DNA of 64,000 nucleotides from an uncultured Gemmatimonadales bacterium (GTDB lineage Bacteria; Gemmatimonadota; Gemmatimonadetes; Gemmatimonadales; GWC2-71-9): NCBI GenBank assembly GCA_963798915.1, contig CAWCVB010000001.1, positions 160,001 to 224,000 of the forward strand, read 5' to 3'. Shown piece by piece: positions 60,936 to 64,000 of this stretch (position 1 is its first letter; each line of letters starts with the position of its first letter). The notes under the pieces were generated by a model. It saw only the letters and a program-made list of their open reading frames with translations, ran no database searches and was not told where the DNA came from. The position numbers and the translations under genes were made by a program.

Positions 60936-63089
60936 TCAGCGCGGGCGCCGCCCAATCATGCGGCCGGTGGGGTCCATGATGATGATGGGACTGGAGAGCG
61001 GCCGCTCGAATGTCGTGGTGCCCCCCAGGAGACGCGCCCGCGCCACGTTCACGGTGAAGCCAAGCGGCTCGGCACTGGCATAATCCACGGCGTAACCCAG
61101 ATCCTGGATTGAGCCGATGGTCATGCCGGTGAGCGGATTGGCGCCGCCACCCAGAAAGCCGGTCATGAGTTCGGTATCGAACACCGACTCGCGCCAATGC
61201 GAATCTTCGGTGCCTGGACCTCCACCTGCCTCCACTGGCACGGTGGTCTGCTGGCCGCCGAGTTGATGGTACCGCTGGATCCCTACGGATCCGGTAAATC
61301 GCGGGTCGGTCCCGCCGTCGGCAACGGCGCCGGTCAGGAGGCCCTGATCCGGCCAGAGCGTCCCGAAGCCGAGCACATGTCCCATCTCGTGCAGGATCAG
61401 GTTATTCAACTCCGCCTGCGGCATGCCGCTGAGATCCGCCTCATCGAGCTGGATGTAGCCGAGCGACGGCAGCCCACCCGTGCTCCGCAGGACGCAGGGA
61501 CCCGCGCCACCAAGAATGTTGCCGGCGCCGTCGATCGCCGTAATTTCGATGAAGATGACCACGTCGTCGATAGTTTCATTGACTGCCGGCTGATGTGATC
61601 CGCAATGTTCCGGCCGCCAAATTGAGAACCTGGCTGGACAGGTCCCCGGTCACGATCACGCGCCAGCGCTGCACCGCCTCATTCACTGCACGTCTGCTGT
61701 GCTGCGTTCAGGCTCCCGATGGGCCGGACGTCGATACTGAAGGGCGATGTCGGACCCGTAGCAGTGGCGTTGAAGGAGGCCGCGGGAAGCATGGAACCGA
61801 CCAGCGTCGCTGAGAGGGTGTTGGCGCCGGGTGAGCGCCCCACCGACCACGAAGTGGAAGCTGCCCCCGATCCATCAGGCGCAACGGTGGAAGTCGAGAC
61901 TGTCCCCCCGCCAAGCGTCACCTGGAACTGCACGCTGCCGCCCGGAATGCCGTTGCCGTACTGATCCTGGACCAGGATTTTGGGATTGACCGGAACCTGA
62001 TGCCAGATGACCGCGCTCTGGTTGTTGCCTGCCACGATCGCGAGCGTCGTGGCGGGTCCGGGCACGGCGGTGACGTTGAAAGCCACGCTGACCCCACCCG
62101 GTGTCGACGCCGTGGCAACCTGGTGATCCGGCAGTGGTCCCAAGCGTCCAGGCGCCGGCGGTTGCCACGCCGCCGACGTCGGTCAGTTGCATCGCGTCGG
62201 CAATGCTGCCGCTGGTGGTCGCGAAGGTGACAGTCACGCCTTCGAGAGGCACGCCATTCACGTCGGTCACCTTCACCGATGGCGCTGCAGAAGTGGCCTG
62301 GCCTACCTCGCCGGTCAGGTTGTCGACCAGCTTGGTGAGGTTCGCCGTTGCGGTGCCTGTCGCGCTGAAGACTGCCGGCGCTGTCGCGCCTGCTACCGAA
62401 GCGGTGAGACTGTTCGCTCCCGGCGTTGTGCCGAGTGTCCAGGATGTTGCCGCCGCCGTTCCGGCGGCACTGGTGACAACGGTGCCACCCACGACCGTGC
62501 CGCCGCCTGACGTGACCGCAAAGAGGACGCTGACACCGGCGACCGGATTCCCCGCGCCATCGCTCACCAGCACGCTGGGTGGATCGGCGACGGCCGTGCC
62601 GGCTGGCGCGCTCTGCGCAGCGGCGCTCTGCGCCGACACCTGGGTGGCGGCACCGGTGGTCAGCGAAATGCTTCGCGAGAGTGTGGTGATCCCGGCGCTG
62701 GCGAACTTGAGCAGGTGCGGCCCGGTCGGTCCGCTCAGTGACAAGCTGGTGAACGTGGCTCGGCCGGACGCATCGGTCGCCACGCTTGTGGCGCCGCCAA
62801 CCGACCCGCCGTCGAGGCTCACGCCGAGTGACACACCTTGTTTCTTGACCGGGCGGTCAAGTGAATCGCGCAACTCCACCACCGGCGCGGGATTCAGCAC
62901 GGAGGCCACGGCTGCAGAGGTGGCGGGTGCCGTGATGAATGCCAGCGCCACCGGCGGCGCGGGCGTGGGATTGGGACCGGTCGAGTCGCCGCCGCAGCCG
63001 GCCACCAGGATGGCCACCAGGATGGCCAGGGCGACCCACACGGTCCTCTGCGGCGCTGCCGCCGGGAGCGGGAGAACGACGCGAGTCAT
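60936..63089 (-). CDS. Ig-like repeat lipoprotein with a C-terminal leishmanolysin-like (M8) zinc protease; three frameshifts near 62120, 61690 and 61605
   Basis: LVAGC lipobox; Big_1-like repeats (GNPVAGVSVLFAV..WTLG); HEMGHVLG..SHWRE..ELMT; the pieces join by removing single extra bases. Confidence 0.85.
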
Positions 63090-63191
63090 GAGCGTCAGGA
63101 AACCTGTCCTCTGTCCATGTGGAGGAAGCGATGTCGGTCCGTGGATGTCGCAGCGGAGGATGCCCGCAACGTCGGGAACACCTGCCGTTGA

Positions 63192-63596
63192 CTATGGCGT
63201 AAACGTCTTCTCACCGATCTTGACCGACTGCCCCACGGCGGTCAGGGCGAACACATAAAATGTATAGGGTTGCCCGGGCGTGAGCTCGCTGGCCGGATTG
63301 ACCACCAAGCTGTCACCGACCGACAGGCTGTCGCCAAAGGTCACCGGCGACGTGATGGCGTTGGCCTTGGCCGGATTGGAAAACTTGAACCCCATGGCCC
63401 AGACTGGCCCGGTCGCGCCGTTCACCCCCACCTGGTAGGCCCGGCAGGCCGGCGTCCAGCTGAACTCCGGTTTGGTGCCGGCCGAGACCGTGACAGTCAC
63501 ATTGGTCGGGCAATCCTTGGTCGGGTTGGTGCTGTCACTGCAGGCGACGGCAAGGGACAACGCAGCAGCGAACAGGGCTATTCGGCAAGCGGTCAT
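63192..63596 (-). CDS. Lipoprotein, hypothetical
   Basis: LAVAC lipobox; GGAG RBS; beta-sandwich-like body. Confidence 0.8.
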   Translation of the reverse strand: MTACRIALFAAALSLAVACSDSTNPTKDCPTNVTVTVSAGTKPEFSWTPACRAYQVGVNGATGPVWAMGFKFSNPAKANAITSPVTFGDSLSVGDSLVVNPASELTPGQPYTFYVFALTAVGQSVKIGEKTFTP

Positions 63597-63698
63597 GCAG
63601 GGGTCTCCGCAGGGTGGATTACGCTGAAGTCGCCGAAATGTCGGCAGGGACCACGGTGCCGCGCTAGTGGCGCTGAGCGCTGCATTCTGGAAGTTCCT

Positions 63699-64000
63699 TC
63701 AGTTCCCAGTCGCGAAGCGCCAACTGTAGAGTCTGGGGAGGTTCAAGCCGCCGATGGCATACACGGCCGGTTCATCGCTGGTCGCGAGCACAGCACCAGT
63801 GCAGCCACCCTGCCCCCGGGAAGACCAGCAAGCCGACTCATCCTCGGGAGGGGCGAGCAGACCGAGATGGGAAAAGCTGCCCTGATCGAGCACCAGCACG
63901 CCGGGGTGAATCGCAGGCCCCTCAAGGCTATCCACGAAACTTGCCCCAACCATGTCGATCCCGACATAGAGCAACGGACGCGACCGATCAAAGACGATGC
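63699..64000 (-). CDS. C-terminal part of a hypothetical protein starting beyond the window
   Basis: Frame open to the window edge (..LYVGIDMVG..RLYSWRFATGN). Confidence 0.5.
   Translation of the reverse strand, partial: IVFDRSRPLLYVGIDMVGASFVDSLEGPAIHPGVLVLDQGSFSHLGLLAPPEDESACWSSRGQGGCTGAVLATSDEPAVYAIGGLNLPRLYSWRFATGN

Overview
High-GC bacterial chromosomal window. The gene style suggests Gemmatimonadota (inference): many secreted six-bladed beta-propellers, an ECF/HEAT locus, Ig-like exported proteins and a Ser/Thr kinase starting 'SPEFVSLQQVVAGRY'. Recognisable modules are an ECF sigma/anti-sigma/HEAT operon (4.8-8.4 kb), PadR and ArsR/SRPBCC units with visible operators, a GH2, the GlgE alpha-glucan operon glgX-glgE-treS/mak-glgB (25.8-35.4 kb), a membrane-bound group 1 [NiFe]-hydrogenase with maturation genes (35.8-46.1 kb), M1/M14/M8-like peptidases, selD and rnhA. 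The best candidate for an undescribed system is a translationally coupled operon at 1-4.1 kb. It encodes two paralogous secreted four-cysteine peptides (shared core YxWRD[LI]xGxCxxxC..TYxCPCW) between a CxxC thioredoxin-like lipoprotein and beta-propellers. The second theme is a dense set of 7/8/9-mer tandem arrays and REP-like palindromes that form composite elements and also sit in frame inside proteins. Other oddities are a HypA lacking its zinc finger and a divergent PP-loop/PLP enzyme pair of unknown function. At least eight single-base frameshifts in five otherwise intact genes look like assembly errors. No rRNA, tRNA, CRISPR array or transposase was recognised. All family assignments come from motif reading, not database searches.
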